From an uncultured Syntrophaceae bacterium (GTDB taxonomy: Bacteria; Desulfobacterota; Syntrophia; Syntrophales; PHBD01), in contig CAZODI010000007.1 of NCBI GenBank assembly GCA_964578535.1, positions 18,785-82,784 on the forward strand: a stretch of DNA of 64,000 bases, read 5' to 3'. The notes beneath the pieces were generated by a model. That model made no database searches, was not told the DNA's origin, and worked only from the letters and a program-made list of their open reading frames with translations. Both the position numbers and the translations under genes were made by a program. Every line of letters starts with the position of its first letter. Position 1 is the stretch's first letter. Of the stretch, positions 50,616 through 60,797 are shown piece by piece.

Positions 50616-51611
50616 TCATGTAAGGCAGACCCGGGAAAGGCGCGCCACGTTTTCGTCCTCCCCCATGGCGATGAGCTTGTCCCCCCGTTCGATCACGTAA
50701 GTCGCCAGCGGGTTGAAGATCATCCTCCCCGACTCCTTCTTGACCGCCACGATGATGAGGCCGTACTTCTGGCGGATCTCCGACTCCTCCAGTGTCTTGC
50801 CGATGATTGGCGAGCCCTCGCAGACGTTCATTTCCTCCATGCGCAACTCCAGGCTGGCCCGGTTGGTGGTGATCTCGATGAAGTCCAGCATCGCGGGTCG
50901 CAGGATGGCCATGGACATCCGCATGCCCCCGAAGGTGTAGGGGGACATGACCCGGTCGGCCCCGGCCCGCAGGAGGCGGTGCTCCGAGGCCTCGTCCTCG
51001 GAGCGGGAGAGGATCCAGACGTTCGGGTTGAGTTCCTTGGAGGTCAGGATCACGTAGAGGTTTTCGGCGTCCGAGGGAAGAACGCAAACGACCCCCCTGG
51101 CCCGCTTCACCCCCGCCTCGATGAGGCACTTGTCCTGGGTGGCGTCGCCTTTGCAATAGATGAAACCCTCTTCGGCGATTCGCTCGATCACCTCGGCGCT
51201 GCTGTCAATCACGACGAAGGGGACCTTTTCCGCCTTCAGCTCCCTCCCGATGAGGTGCCCGATCCGTCCGCAGCCGCAGATGATGTAGTGATTGCTCATT
51301 TTTTCGATCATTTTTTCCAGCCTTCCTCTCCCGAGAATGATCCGCAGCCTTCCCTCCACCATGTTCTGAGCCAGGAGTCCCACCGTGTAGAACATGGTCC
51401 CCACGCCGAGCAGGATCAGAACAATGGTGAACAGCCGGCCCTGCAGGGTGCGGGGCATGAAGTCGCCGTAGCCGACCGTCGAGATCGTGACGACGGTGGC
51501 GTAGAATGAATCCAGGATCTCCCAGCCCTCGGTGGCGTGATACCCGAGCGTGCCAACCAGAATGAGGATGACGAGACCCGTGGCGGCGATCCTGAGCTGG
51601 TGGCTGAACAT
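50616..51611 (-). CDS. K+ channel with RCK/TrkA-N domain (MthK-like)
   Basis: Selectivity filter TVGYGD between two TM helices. A Rossmann-type RCK-N (IICGCGRIGH) and a TrkA-C follow. Confidence 0.9.
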   Translation of the reverse strand: MFSHQLRIAATGLVILILVGTLGYHATEGWEILDSFYATVVTISTVGYGDFMPRTLQGRLFTIVLILLGVGTMFYTVGLLAQNMVEGRLRIILGRGRLEKMIEKMSNHYIICGCGRIGHLIGRELKAEKVPFVVIDSSAEVIERIAEEGFIYCKGDATQDKCLIEAGVKRARGVVCVLPSDAENLYVILTSKELNPNVWILSRSEDEASEHRLLRAGADRVMSPYTFGGMRMSMAILRPAMLDFIEITTNRASLELRMEEMNVCEGSPIIGKTLEESEIRQKYGLIIVAVKKESGRMIFNPLATYVIERGDKLIAMGEDENVARLSRVCLT

Positions 51612-51730
51612 GATCCGAAATTTTCCCCCGATGAAACGGCCTGCGGTGCGGGCATTCGATCCTCCGGTGTCCGGTGAGCCGGAGTGCCCGCGAGATCAAA
51701 GAGGAAACCGGTGCAGCTTCGGGATGCCCC

Positions 51731-52846
51731 CTACTGCAGCGGGAAGACGTAGGGCAGGAGCTCCGAGACCGTCACCGTACGGTATCCGCCGCTCCCGTCC
51801 TCGATCGGCACCAGGGTCTCCCCGCCGAACTCATAGAGAAGCTGCCGCTCCTCCGCCGTCGGGGCGGCCAGCTTGTCGCCCGGCTGGAGGTTCACCGCCG
51901 CCCGGAACCGAGTCTCCCCGGCGGCCACGGCGTTGTGGACGGCTACGGACAGGGCCGTCTCCGTGTAGGGGAAGATGCCGTTTTCGATGTTGCACCCGGT
52001 GTAGACGTTGCCCGAGGCCATCAGGACGGCCGCTCCCACGGGGAAGTTCGAGTAGGGCGCGTAGGCGAAGCGGGAAGCCTGCCGGGCGCTGTCCCGGAGC
52101 CTCTGCATCTCGGCCGCGGAGAGCTCCTCCACGAACCAGCGGCGGTAGATCTTCTCGTACGTTCCGTCCGTGCGGATCCGGAAGATGCCCTCATTAAGCC
52201 AGGAGAGCAGTTCCCGGTCGGTCTTCCGGACGGCGAAGTAGAGGGAGGAGACCATCACGGGCGTGCTCAGGGGGTGAATGTTTTTGAGGCCGTGCTTCTT
52301 CATGTTGTAGAAGGCGGTTTTTTCCGAGCCGATGAAGGCCTCCGCCTCCCCCTTCGAGAGGGCCAGGAGGGCGCTGGTCTCCGTGTCGAACAGGACCGTT
52401 TTGATTCCCTTTTCCTCCGCCAGGCCGACATAGAGGGACCCCTTCTGGGTTGCGGCCTTGTGATTCTTGAGGTCGGCGGGAATCCGCCAGGGCTTTCCCG
52501 CCGCCGTGAAGAGGCTGACCTTGAACTCCGTCAGGGGCAGGTTCGGGAACAGGTAGCGATCCTTCCGCTCTCCCGTCTTCTTCATGCCCGAGGTCACGTG
52601 GACCTTCCCGGTGTCGAGATCCTTCTGTGCCTTCTCCCACTGCATGGGTTTAAGGACCAGCTTCACATCGCGCCCCCGGAGGACGGCCTCCAGGATGTCG
52701 ATGTCGAAACCCTTCGGCCGGCCTTCTTCGAGATAGGTGTACGGGGGATAGTCCTCGTCGAACGCATAGACGACCTCCCGGGGCGCCGCCGTGGCGGACG
52801 TCCCGGTGAGGAGGACCCAGAGGGCCACGAGGAGGGCCGTCAGCAT
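51731..52846 (-). CDS. periplasmic solute-binding (family 3) domain fused to a degenerate cytidine-deaminase-like domain
   Basis: Signal peptide MLTALLVALWVLLTGTSATAA, then an SBP_bac_3 pattern (YAFDEDYPPYTYLE...GFDIDIL...). The C-terminal FAYAPYSNFPVGAAVLMASGNVYTGCNIEN is CDA-like, but the CAE and PCxxC zinc motifs are replaced (YTE, PTAEE). GTG 52912 is an alternative start. Confidence 0.8.
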   Translation of the reverse strand: MLTALLVALWVLLTGTSATAAPREVVYAFDEDYPPYTYLEEGRPKGFDIDILEAVLRGRDVKLVLKPMQWEKAQKDLDTGKVHVTSGMKKTGERKDRYLFPNLPLTEFKVSLFTAAGKPWRIPADLKNHKAATQKGSLYVGLAEEKGIKTVLFDTETSALLALSKGEAEAFIGSEKTAFYNMKKHGLKNIHPLSTPVMVSSLYFAVRKTDRELLSWLNEGIFRIRTDGTYEKIYRRWFVEELSAAEMQRLRDSARQASRFAYAPYSNFPVGAAVLMASGNVYTGCNIENGIFPYTETALSVAVHNAVAAGETRFRAAVNLQPGDKLAAPTAEERQLLYEFGGETLVPIEDGSGGYRTVTVSELLPYVFPLQ

Positions 52847-53133
52847 CGGGAAAGCCGAAAACGAGTGCGGCTGTTCAGGGAAGCGGGGCCGTGGTCTCAA
52901 TGCGTGAACCATCGTGTTCCTCCTTTATCGGCGGTCCTTCTGGACGGGATCGCCGTCCGCCGGTTCAGGGAACCGGGTTTTCCGCCGGCCTATTGGTGAA
53001 GGGGTTTGCATTTCCTGTCAAGGACAAAGGCGCGCCAGGGCGGTTTCCCCGGAGAACGAACCGGCCCGTCCGGAGGGCGGGCCGCCGGCCGGATTCCGGG
53101 ACTCACCGGCCGCGTTTTTCCTCTGAAAAAAAG

Positions 53134-53162
53134 TTGACGGCCGGGGAAAAACTCCATATGCT
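53134..53162 (+). promoter_or_regulatory. candidate sigma70-type promoter upstream of miaB
   Basis: TTGACG (53134-53139), a 17-nt spacer, then TATGCT (53157-53162), preceded by an A-rich tract. It lies ~220 nt upstream of the miaB ATG. Confidence 0.45.
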
Positions 53163-53386
53163 TCCCCACGTTTCGTCCTTTCCCTCGGCGGGGACGCGGC
53201 GGGTCCGACGGAGCTGACCGGAACGGGTTGGTTCCTGTTCCGGTGAGCCCGTCGAACCGGGCGCACCGTGCCTCTGGTTTTTTTCGACGCCGTCTGGAAG
53301 ATTGCACACTTGGCTTTTTCATGAAACGTCGTGGATAAGGGAGTGCCGGAACGGGCTGCTGTTTCCCGTTGCGGCGGCTATTGGAT

Positions 53387-54763
53387 ATGGAAACGGGAAC
53401 GCAGCGGAAAACCTTCTTCATCCGGACCTTCGGGTGCCAGATGAACGTCCATGACACCGAGCAGATGGCGGACCTTCTGCGCAAGGCCGGATGGGAAGAG
53501 GCTGCCGGCGAGCGCCAGGCCCGCCTGATTCTCATCAATACCTGCAGCATTCGGGAAAAGGCCGCCCAGAAGGTGTACAGCCTCCTGGGGCGGCTCCAGG
53601 AGGCGAAACGGCGCCGGCCGGACCTGATGATCGGCGTGACCGGATGCCTCGCCCAGCAACTGGGCCCGCAACTGGTCCGGAAGATCCCCGCCGTGGACCT
53701 TGTCGTCGGAACGCACCAGGCCCATCGCCTGCCTGAATTCGTCCGGACCGTGGAGGAAGGGGGCCGGGTGGTCGAGACGGCCTTCACCGATTCGGTCCCT
53801 TGCCTTCACCGGATCGTCCTGCCGCCGGCGGGGACCGTCAGCGCCTTCGTGACGATCATGCAGGGCTGCAATAACTATTGCGCCTTCTGTGTCGTTCCGT
53901 ATCTCCGCGGCAGAGAGGAGAGCAGGCCCTGCCGGGAGATCCTGGAGGAGGTCCGGCTCCTTGGCGGACGGGGCGTTCGGGAGGTGGTCCTCCTGGGGCA
54001 GAACGTCAATTCCTACGGGCGGAATCTCGCGGAAGGGGTCGATTTTGCAGGCCTGCTCCGGGAGATCGCCGAGGTGGAGGGGATCGAGCGGATCCGCTTC
54101 ACCACGTCCCACCCGAAGGACCTGTCCGACCGGCTGATTCGGGCGTTCCGGGATGTCGGGCCCCTGTGCGAGCATATCCATCTGCCCGTCCAGTCGGGTG
54201 CGGACCGGGTGCTGGCCCGGATGAACCGGGGCTATACCCGGGACGACTACCTCGGGAAGGTGGCGCGCCTGCGGGAGGCATGTCCGGACGTGGCCGTCTC
54301 GTCGGACATGATCGTGGGCTTTCCGGGCGAGACGGAGGAGGATTTCGAGGATACGCTGGCACTGATGGAGGAGGTTCGCTTTGACAGCCTCTTCTCCTTC
54401 AAGTATTCCGAACGGGAAGGAACGGCGGCGCTCCGCCTGGACGGCAGGGTGGACGAGCGGGTCAAGGGCCGCCGGCTCCGGATCCTCCAGGAGTTGCAGG
54501 ACCGCCACACGCTGGAGAAGCACCGGCGCGACGTGGGGCGAAGCATGGAGGTGCTGGTGGAGGGGACCAGCCGGAACAGTGACGCGGACCTGACGGGAAG
54601 GACCCGGACGAACCGGATTGTCAATTTCCCGGGCGACAGGGCCTGGATCGGCCGGACCGTGATGGTGGCGATCCGGGAAGCATTCCTCCATTCCCTCAGG
54701 GGTGAAGCGGTTCTGCCGGGGCTGCGGGTCCCGGCGCGGCCGGCGAACCCGAAAGCGGCATGA
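53387..54763 (+). CDS. miaB: tRNA-i6A37 methylthiotransferase
   Basis: N-terminal UPF0004 motifs (FGCQMN, INTCSIR, GC), radical-SAM motif CNNYCAFC and a C-terminal TRAM domain. Confidence 0.95.
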   Translation: METGTQRKTFFIRTFGCQMNVHDTEQMADLLRKAGWEEAAGERQARLILINTCSIREKAAQKVYSLLGRLQEAKRRRPDLMIGVTGCLAQQLGPQLVRKIPAVDLVVGTHQAHRLPEFVRTVEEGGRVVETAFTDSVPCLHRIVLPPAGTVSAFVTIMQGCNNYCAFCVVPYLRGREESRPCREILEEVRLLGGRGVREVVLLGQNVNSYGRNLAEGVDFAGLLREIAEVEGIERIRFTTSHPKDLSDRLIRAFRDVGPLCEHIHLPVQSGADRVLARMNRGYTRDDYLGKVARLREACPDVAVSSDMIVGFPGETEEDFEDTLALMEEVRFDSLFSFKYSEREGTAALRLDGRVDERVKGRRLRILQELQDRHTLEKHRRDVGRSMEVLVEGTSRNSDADLTGRTRTNRIVNFPGDRAWIGRTVMVAIREAFLHSLRGEAVLPGLRVPARPANPKAA

Positions 54764-54794
54764 ACGGAGGAAAACCGGGGAGGGGTGGCGAGCA

Positions 54795-55295
54795 ATGATG
54801 GTCGAGATGAAAGTGGCGGGCCTGACGATCGATCCGGTGACGAATACGCCCATCGTGATCCTGAAGGACCGGGAGGAAAAAAGAATTCTGCCGATCTGGA
54901 TCGGGCTCTTCGAGGCAAGCGCCATCGCCACTGAGCTGGAGGGGATCAACTTCTCCAGGCCCATGACGCACGATCTGATCCGGGACATCCTGGCAAACCT
55001 CGGGGTCGAGGTGCTGAAGGTCGAAGTCCATGACCTCCGGAACAACACTTTCTTCGCGAACATCCACCTCCTCCGGGAGGGAAAGACGCAGGTCATCGAT
55101 TCCCGCCCCAGCGATGCCCTGGCGCTGGCGCTCCGGGCGGGTGCTCCCATCTACGTGGAGGAACGGGTCATCGAGAAGTCCCGGAGCATCGACGTGGGGA
55201 CGAAGATCACCGACCTGGAGAAGGAAAAGGAAGATAAGCTGAAGGATTTCCTGGAAAACCTGGATCCCGACGACTTTGGAAAATACAAGATGTAG
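54795..55295 (+). CDS. bifunctional nuclease family protein (DUF151/BFN domain)
   Basis: VAGLTIDPVTNTPIVILKD...ILPIWIGLFEASAIA...RPMTHDL... is typical of DUF151. Confidence 0.8.
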   Translation: MMVEMKVAGLTIDPVTNTPIVILKDREEKRILPIWIGLFEASAIATELEGINFSRPMTHDLIRDILANLGVEVLKVEVHDLRNNTFFANIHLLREGKTQVIDSRPSDALALALRAGAPIYVEERVIEKSRSIDVGTKITDLEKEKEDKLKDFLENLDPDDFGKYKM

Positions 55296-55424
55296 CGTCG
55301 GCGGTTCCGGATTTCCGGGGGAAATTCCGGTACTGGATCCCGACGGTGGAACCTTCCTGCCGCGATGATCGAGCGCCGGCGGGCGGCCGGTGTTCTCTAA
55401 ACGCCGTATTTCTCGGGGCACTGG

Positions 55425-56360
55425 ATGACGGAAGAAGCCCTCGCCGCCTTTGAGCGGCACCTGCGGGTGGAGCGAAACCTCTCCCCCCAGACGATCCGGG
55501 CATACATGGCGGACCTGGGGCAGTTCCGAGGATTCCTGGCCCAGGGACCCGCGGGCCGGGCGGGCGGAGGGGATCTCCTGGAGCAGGCCGATTCCCTGGC
55601 CCTCCGGAGCTACCTGGCGGACCTGTACCGGAGGAAACTCCGGAAGACGTCCATCGGCCGCAAACTGGCGGCCCTGAAGACGTTCTATGCGTTCCTCCTG
55701 CGCGAGGGAAGGATCCGGACCAGCCCGGCGGAGTTGATCCAGGCGCCGAAGGCGGAGAAATACGTCCCGAAAGTGCTGTCGGTCGACGACATGTTTGCCC
55801 TCCTGGGGGACCTCTTCGATGAGGGGCCCCTCGGCCGGCGTGACCGGGCGATCCTGGAGCTTTTCTACGGGTCCGGGATCCGCCTGAGCGAGCTGGCGGG
55901 ACTGAACGTTCAGGATGTGGATCTGGCCGGGAGCCTGGTGAAGGTGCGCGGCAAGGGCGCCCGGGAGCGCCTCGTGCCGCTGGGTCCGCCCTGTCGCGAG
56001 GCCCTGGAGCGCTGGATCCGGGAGAGGCCCGTCCTCACCCGGCAAGAAGGGACGGGAAGAGAGACCCCCCTGTTTCTAAACCGCTCGGGGGGGCGGCTGT
56101 CGGGGCGCTCCGTGGCCCGCCTTCTGGACGACTATGTACGGAAGAGCGGGATCGGGCGGAAGATCAGCCCCCATGCGCTCAGGCACAGCTTCGCGACGCA
56201 CCTCCTGGACGCCGGAGCGGATCTCCGGTCCATCCAGGAAATGCTGGGACACAAGAGCCTGTCGACGACGCAGAAATACACCGCCGTCAGCATCGGCCGG
56301 TTGTTGGACGTATACGACCGGGCCCATCCGAAGGCCCGGGAAGGAGAAGAGGAACCATGA
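55425..56360 (+). CDS. xerC: tyrosine recombinase XerC
   Basis: The N-terminal SAM-like domain ([23 protein letters not shown]) and catalytic R...[12 protein letters not shown]...GH...Y pattern are present. It sits in the conserved xerC-hslV-hslU arrangement. XerC versus XerD cannot be settled by eye. Confidence 0.85.
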   Translation: MTEEALAAFERHLRVERNLSPQTIRAYMADLGQFRGFLAQGPAGRAGGGDLLEQADSLALRSYLADLYRRKLRKTSIGRKLAALKTFYAFLLREGRIRTSPAELIQAPKAEKYVPKVLSVDDMFALLGDLFDEGPLGRRDRAILELFYGSGIRLSELAGLNVQDVDLAGSLVKVRGKGARERLVPLGPPCREALERWIRERPVLTRQEGTGRETPLFLNRSGGRLSGRSVARLLDDYVRKSGIGRKISPHALRHSFATHLLDAGADLRSIQEMLGHKSLSTTQKYTAVSIGRLLDVYDRAHPKAREGEEEP

Positions 56361-56947
56361 AGATTCGCGGAACCACCATTGTGGCCGTCCGGCACAGGGG
56401 AAAAGTCGTCGTGGCCGGCGACGGCCAGGTGACCGTGGACATGACCGTCATGAAGCACGGGGCCCGGAAGGTCCGGCGGCTCTACCACGACGATGTCGTC
56501 GTCGGTTTCGCCGGGGCCACGGCCGATGCCTTTACCCTTTTCGAGCGTTTCGACCAGAAGCTCGAACAGTTCAACGGCAACCTTCTCCGGGCCGCGGTGG
56601 AACTGACCAAGGACTGGCGGACCGACCGGGTGCTCCGGCACCTGGAGGCCCTGATGATCGCCGTGAGCCGCGACGCGTTCCTGATGATCTCGGGAAGCGG
56701 GGACGTCATCGAGTCGGACGACGAGGTGATGGCCATCGGCTCCGGGGGACCCTATGCCCTGGCAGCCGCCCGGGCGATGGTCCGCCACGCCGCAGGCCTG
56801 GAGGCCGCCGAGATCGCCCGGGAGGCGGTCCGTATCGCCTCGGAGATCTGCATCTACACAAACGACCAGGTCATCGTGGAAGAGTTGGACATGTCGGAGG
56901 AGCCCGACGCGGGGACCCGCGTCCACCGGGCCCGCAGGAAGGAGTAA
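56357..56947 (+). CDS. hslV: ATP-dependent protease subunit HslV
   Basis: [21 protein letters not shown].. active-site Thr region after a 5-residue leader (MKIRG). The ATG overlaps the xerC stop (ATGA). Confidence 0.95.
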   Translation: MKIRGTTIVAVRHRGKVVVAGDGQVTVDMTVMKHGARKVRRLYHDDVVVGFAGATADAFTLFERFDQKLEQFNGNLLRAAVELTKDWRTDRVLRHLEALMIAVSRDAFLMISGSGDVIESDDEVMAIGSGGPYALAAARAMVRHAAGLEAAEIAREAVRIASEICIYTNDQVIVEELDMSEEPDAGTRVHRARRKE

Positions 56948-56957
56948 CCGTTTTCCC

Positions 56958-58340
56958 ATGTCGGACAGACCGTTGACGCCCCGCATGATCGTGGAGAGGC
57001 TGGACCGCTACATCATCGGGCAGAAGGACGCCAAGCGCGCCGTGGCCATCGCTCTCCGGAACCGCTGGCGGCGACAGAACGTATCGGGAGAGCTCCGGGA
57101 CGAGATCTCCCCGAAGAACATCATCATGATCGGTCCCACCGGGGTGGGGAAGACGGAGATCGCCCGCCGCCTCGCCAAGATCGACAACGCGCCGTTCCTG
57201 AAAGTGGAGGCCTCCAAGTTCACCGAGGTGGGTTACGTGGGGCGGGACGTGGAGTCCATGATCCGCGACCTCGTGGATCTGGCGGTGAACATGGTGAGGA
57301 TCGAGGAGCAGGAAAAGGTCCGGGCAAAGGCCGCCGAACTGGCGGAGGAGCGTCTCCTGGACATTCTCCTGCCGCTCCGGCCCCTGGAGAAGCGGCCGGA
57401 GGAGATCCTGGCGGACCACTCCGCCCGGAGCGACGAGGAGGCTCCCCAGCAGAGAAGCGGCGCGACCCGGGAGCGTTTCCGGCGGCTCCTCCGGGAAGGG
57501 CACCTGAACGACCGGATGGTGGAGGTGGAGATCCAGGAGACCCGGGCCGCCCCGATGGTGGAGATTTTTTCCAGCGCCGGCATGGAGGACGTGGGGATGA
57601 ACCTGAAGGATGCCTTCGGGAGTCTCTTTCCCCAGAAAAAGGCGATTAAGAAGGTGCCTGTCCCGGAGGCCCTCGAAATCCTCTCCCAGGAGGAGGCGGC
57701 CCGTCTGGTCGACATGGACAAGGTTACCCGGACAGCCCTGGAGCGGGTGGAGCAGTCGGGGATCGTGTTCCTCGACGAGATCGACAAGATCGTCGGCAGC
57801 GAGGCCCCTCACGGTCCCGACGTCTCCCGGGAAGGGGTCCAGCGGGATCTCCTGCCCATCGTGGAGGGGTCCAATGTGAACACCCGTTACGGCATGATCC
57901 GGACGGACCACATCCTGTTCATTGCCGCGGGCGCTTTCAGCATGGTCAAGCCGTCCGACCTGATCCCGGAAATGCAGGGGCGGTTTCCCATCCGGGTGGA
58001 GCTGGATTCGCTGGGCCGGGAGGAGTTCATCCGGATCCTGACGGAGCCGCACAACGCCCTGATCCGGCAGTATGTGGAGATGATGGCCACGGAGGGGGTG
58101 GGACTCCGGTTCAGCGAGGACGCCATCGCGGAAATCGCCGAGACGGCGGCCCTGGTGAATGAGCGGACCGAAAACATCGGTGCCCGGCGCCTGTATACGA
58201 TCATGGAGACCCTCCTGGACGAGATCTCCTTCGACGCACCGGATATGGAAGTGAAGACGGTGGACATCACCGCCGAATACGTGCGGGAAAAACTGGAAGA
58301 AATTATCGAGGACGAGGACCTGAGCCGGTATATCCTCTGA
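56958..58340 (+). CDS. hslU: ATP-dependent protease ATPase subunit HslU
   Basis: [34 protein letters not shown], Walker [16 protein letters not shown] and the C-terminal ...DLSRYIL. Confidence 0.95.
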   Translation: MSDRPLTPRMIVERLDRYIIGQKDAKRAVAIALRNRWRRQNVSGELRDEISPKNIIMIGPTGVGKTEIARRLAKIDNAPFLKVEASKFTEVGYVGRDVESMIRDLVDLAVNMVRIEEQEKVRAKAAELAEERLLDILLPLRPLEKRPEEILADHSARSDEEAPQQRSGATRERFRRLLREGHLNDRMVEVEIQETRAAPMVEIFSSAGMEDVGMNLKDAFGSLFPQKKAIKKVPVPEALEILSQEEAARLVDMDKVTRTALERVEQSGIVFLDEIDKIVGSEAPHGPDVSREGVQRDLLPIVEGSNVNTRYGMIRTDHILFIAAGAFSMVKPSDLIPEMQGRFPIRVELDSLGREEFIRILTEPHNALIRQYVEMMATEGVGLRFSEDAIAEIAETAALVNERTENIGARRLYTIMETLLDEISFDAPDMEVKTVDITAEYVREKLEEIIEDEDLSRYIL

Positions 58341-58454
58341 GGGGCCGCGCCCCCGCAGCAAGACGGATGATAATGGGCGCGGGGGCTGCCACGGGGGCGT
58401 GCCGCCGTCGCGGCCGTTTTTCCGGATGGGCTGTTGAAAAACACCCGTCTGCGG

Positions 58455-58618
58455 CGTTTCCCTCATCCTTCGCCATTCGACGTACCGAAAAGGGTACGAC
58501 TCATGGCTCAGGATTTCGGGGGCCTTGCATCCGGGCATTTTTGAACAGCCCGTCCCATGCTTCCGGCAGGGGCGTCCCAATGGCTCCTCTGGGAACCCCC
58601 GGTCGCGCCCCCGCGAAC
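58455..58618. repeat. dispersed intergenic repeat family, copy C (most complete: motifs 3, 2 and 1 in order)
   Basis: cgtttccctcatcc (58455-58468), gccttgcatccgggcatttttgaacagcc (58522-58550) and gctcctctgggaacccccggtcgcgcccccgcgaac (58583-58618). Confidence 0.55.
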
Positions 58619-58699
58619 TCGAGCCGATCAGGGCAAAAGACGTTGAGGGGACGGATATGAAACCGTCCTCCTGATCGGCACATGCAGGAGACAAGACGA

Positions 58700-59590
58700 A
58701 TGAACATGCTGGAAAAGTCGATGGAGCGGGCGGAGATCCTCATGGAGGCCCTGCCCTACATCCGGAGGTTCTACAACAAGACCGTCGTGATCAAGTACGG
58801 CGGCCATGCCATGCTGGATGAAGAGCTGAAGGACGGTTTTGCACGGGACGTCCTCCTGATGAAATACATCGGCATCAATCCCGTCGTGGTCCATGGCGGA
58901 GGTCCCCAGATCGGGACGCTCCTGAAGAAGCTCGGAAAGGACTCGAAGTTCGTCCAGGGCCACCGCGTCACCGACGCCGAGACGATGAGCATCGTCGAGA
59001 TGGTCCTGGTGGGGTCGGTGAACAAGGAGATCGTGGGCCTCATCAACCGCCACGGCGGCAGGGCGGTGGGCCTGAGCGGCAAGGACGGCAGCCTCATCCA
59101 TGCCGAGAAATACATCCTCAGCGAGGAGAAGTCCAAGGATACCCCCTCGGAGATCATCGATCTGGGCCTCGTGGGAAAGGTGAAATCGATCAATGCGGAG
59201 CTGATCCTGTCCCTGACCCGCGACGGCTTCATCCCGGTCATCGCCCCTACCGGGGCGGGAGACGCGGGGGAGACCTACAACATCAATGCCGACATCGTCG
59301 CCGGCGAGGTCGCGGCGGCCCTGAAGGCGGAGAAGCTGGTTCTCCTCACCGACGTGTCGGGGGTCCTCGACGAGCGGAAGGAGCTCATCAACACGATGAC
59401 GAACCGCCAGGCCCTGGACATGATCGAAGCGGGCGTGGTGGAAGGGGGCATGTTCCCCAAGGTCAAGTGCTGCCTGAAGGCCCTCAAGGGAGGAGCCGCA
59501 AAGGCCCACATCATCGACGGACGGCTGAAGCACGCCATCCTCCTCGAGATGTTCACGGACTCGGGGATCGGCACGGAAATCGTCCAGTAG
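58700..59590 (+). CDS. argB: acetylglutamate kinase
   Basis: [23 protein letters not shown]...[12 protein letters not shown] 58700 lies 9 nt after AGGAG; ATG 58682 is an upstream alternative. Confidence 0.95.
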   Translation: MNMLEKSMERAEILMEALPYIRRFYNKTVVIKYGGHAMLDEELKDGFARDVLLMKYIGINPVVVHGGGPQIGTLLKKLGKDSKFVQGHRVTDAETMSIVEMVLVGSVNKEIVGLINRHGGRAVGLSGKDGSLIHAEKYILSEEKSKDTPSEIIDLGLVGKVKSINAELILSLTRDGFIPVIAPTGAGDAGETYNINADIVAGEVAAALKAEKLVLLTDVSGVLDERKELINTMTNRQALDMIEAGVVEGGMFPKVKCCLKALKGGAAKAHIIDGRLKHAILLEMFTDSGIGTEIVQ

Positions 59591-59609
59591 GAAAGGAAAA
59601 CGGAAAAGA

Positions 59610-60797
59610 ATGAACTCCCAGGAATGGATGCAGCGGTTCGACCGGTCCGTCATGGGGACCTACAAGCGGTATCCCCTGGTCCTGAGCCGGGGTGAGGGAT
59701 GCCGGGTCTGGGACCTGGAGGGGAAGGAATACCTCGACTGCGTCGCCGGGATTGCCGTCTGCAGCCTCGGCCACAGCCATCCGAAGGTTGTCGAGGCCAT
59801 CCGGAAGCAGGCAGGCATCCTCACGCACGTTTCGAACCTGTACTATACCGAGGTCCAGGGACTCCTGGCGGAGCGTCTCGTCCAGGCATCCTTCGCCGGG
59901 AAGGTCTTCTTCTGCAACAGCGGGGCCGAGGCGAACGAGGCGGCCATCAAGCTGGCGCGGAAGTACGGGAACGAGGTCCTCGGCGGGAAGAATGAGATCA
60001 TCACGATGGAGGGCTCCTTCCACGGACGGACGCTGGCGACGATCACGGCGACGGGGCAGGCGAAGTTCCAGGCCGGCTTCGAGCCCCTGCCGGCGGGATT
60101 CCGCTATGTGCCCTACAACGACCTTTCCGCGCTGGAGGCGGCCGTCGACGGGAAGACCTGCGCGGTTCTCGTCGAGCCCGTCCAGGCGGAGGGAGGCGTC
60201 CGGGTCCCCGATCCGGGATACCTCCAGGGCGTGCGGGAGATCTGCGACCGGAAGGGAATCCTGTTGATCCTCGACGAGGTTCAGACGGGCATGGGCCGGA
60301 CGGGAACGTTCCTGGCCCACGAAGCGGAGGGAATCACCCCGGACATTGCGACGCTGGCCAAGGCCCTGGGGAACGGCTTTCCCGTCGGGGCGATGCTGGC
60401 TACCGACAAGGTGGCCGCCGCCTTCGCGCCGGGAAACCACGCCTCCACCTTCGGCGGCAACCTGTTGGCCATGGCGGCGGGCCTGGCGGTCCTGTCAGTC
60501 CTTCTGGACGAAGGCCTCCTGCTGCGCGCCGCGGAGGCCGGGCGTTATTTTATCGAGAAGCTGCGGGCGCTCAAGGAAAAGCACGCCTCGATCCGGGACG
60601 TCCGGGGAAAGGGACTTCTCCTGGGCGTGGAGATGGACCGGGAAGTCGCCGGGATCCTGACCCGCTGCTCGGAGAAGGGTCTCCTGGTCGCCACGGCGGG
60701 GACCCATGTCGTGCGGTTCGTACCGCCTCTCGTCATCACCGCCGCCGAAATCGACCGGGCGGTGGAGATCCTGGACGGCGTTCTGGAGGAGCCATGA
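59610..60797 (+). CDS. argD: acetylornithine aminotransferase
   Basis: Class III aminotransferase pattern: FFCNSGAEANEAAIKLAR, LDEVQTGMGRTG, LAKALGNGFP. Confidence 0.9.
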   Translation: MNSQEWMQRFDRSVMGTYKRYPLVLSRGEGCRVWDLEGKEYLDCVAGIAVCSLGHSHPKVVEAIRKQAGILTHVSNLYYTEVQGLLAERLVQASFAGKVFFCNSGAEANEAAIKLARKYGNEVLGGKNEIITMEGSFHGRTLATITATGQAKFQAGFEPLPAGFRYVPYNDLSALEAAVDGKTCAVLVEPVQAEGGVRVPDPGYLQGVREICDRKGILLILDEVQTGMGRTGTFLAHEAEGITPDIATLAKALGNGFPVGAMLATDKVAAAFAPGNHASTFGGNLLAMAAGLAVLSVLLDEGLLLRAAEAGRYFIEKLRALKEKHASIRDVRGKGLLLGVEMDREVAGILTRCSEKGLLVATAGTHVVRFVPPLVITAAEIDRAVEILDGVLEEP

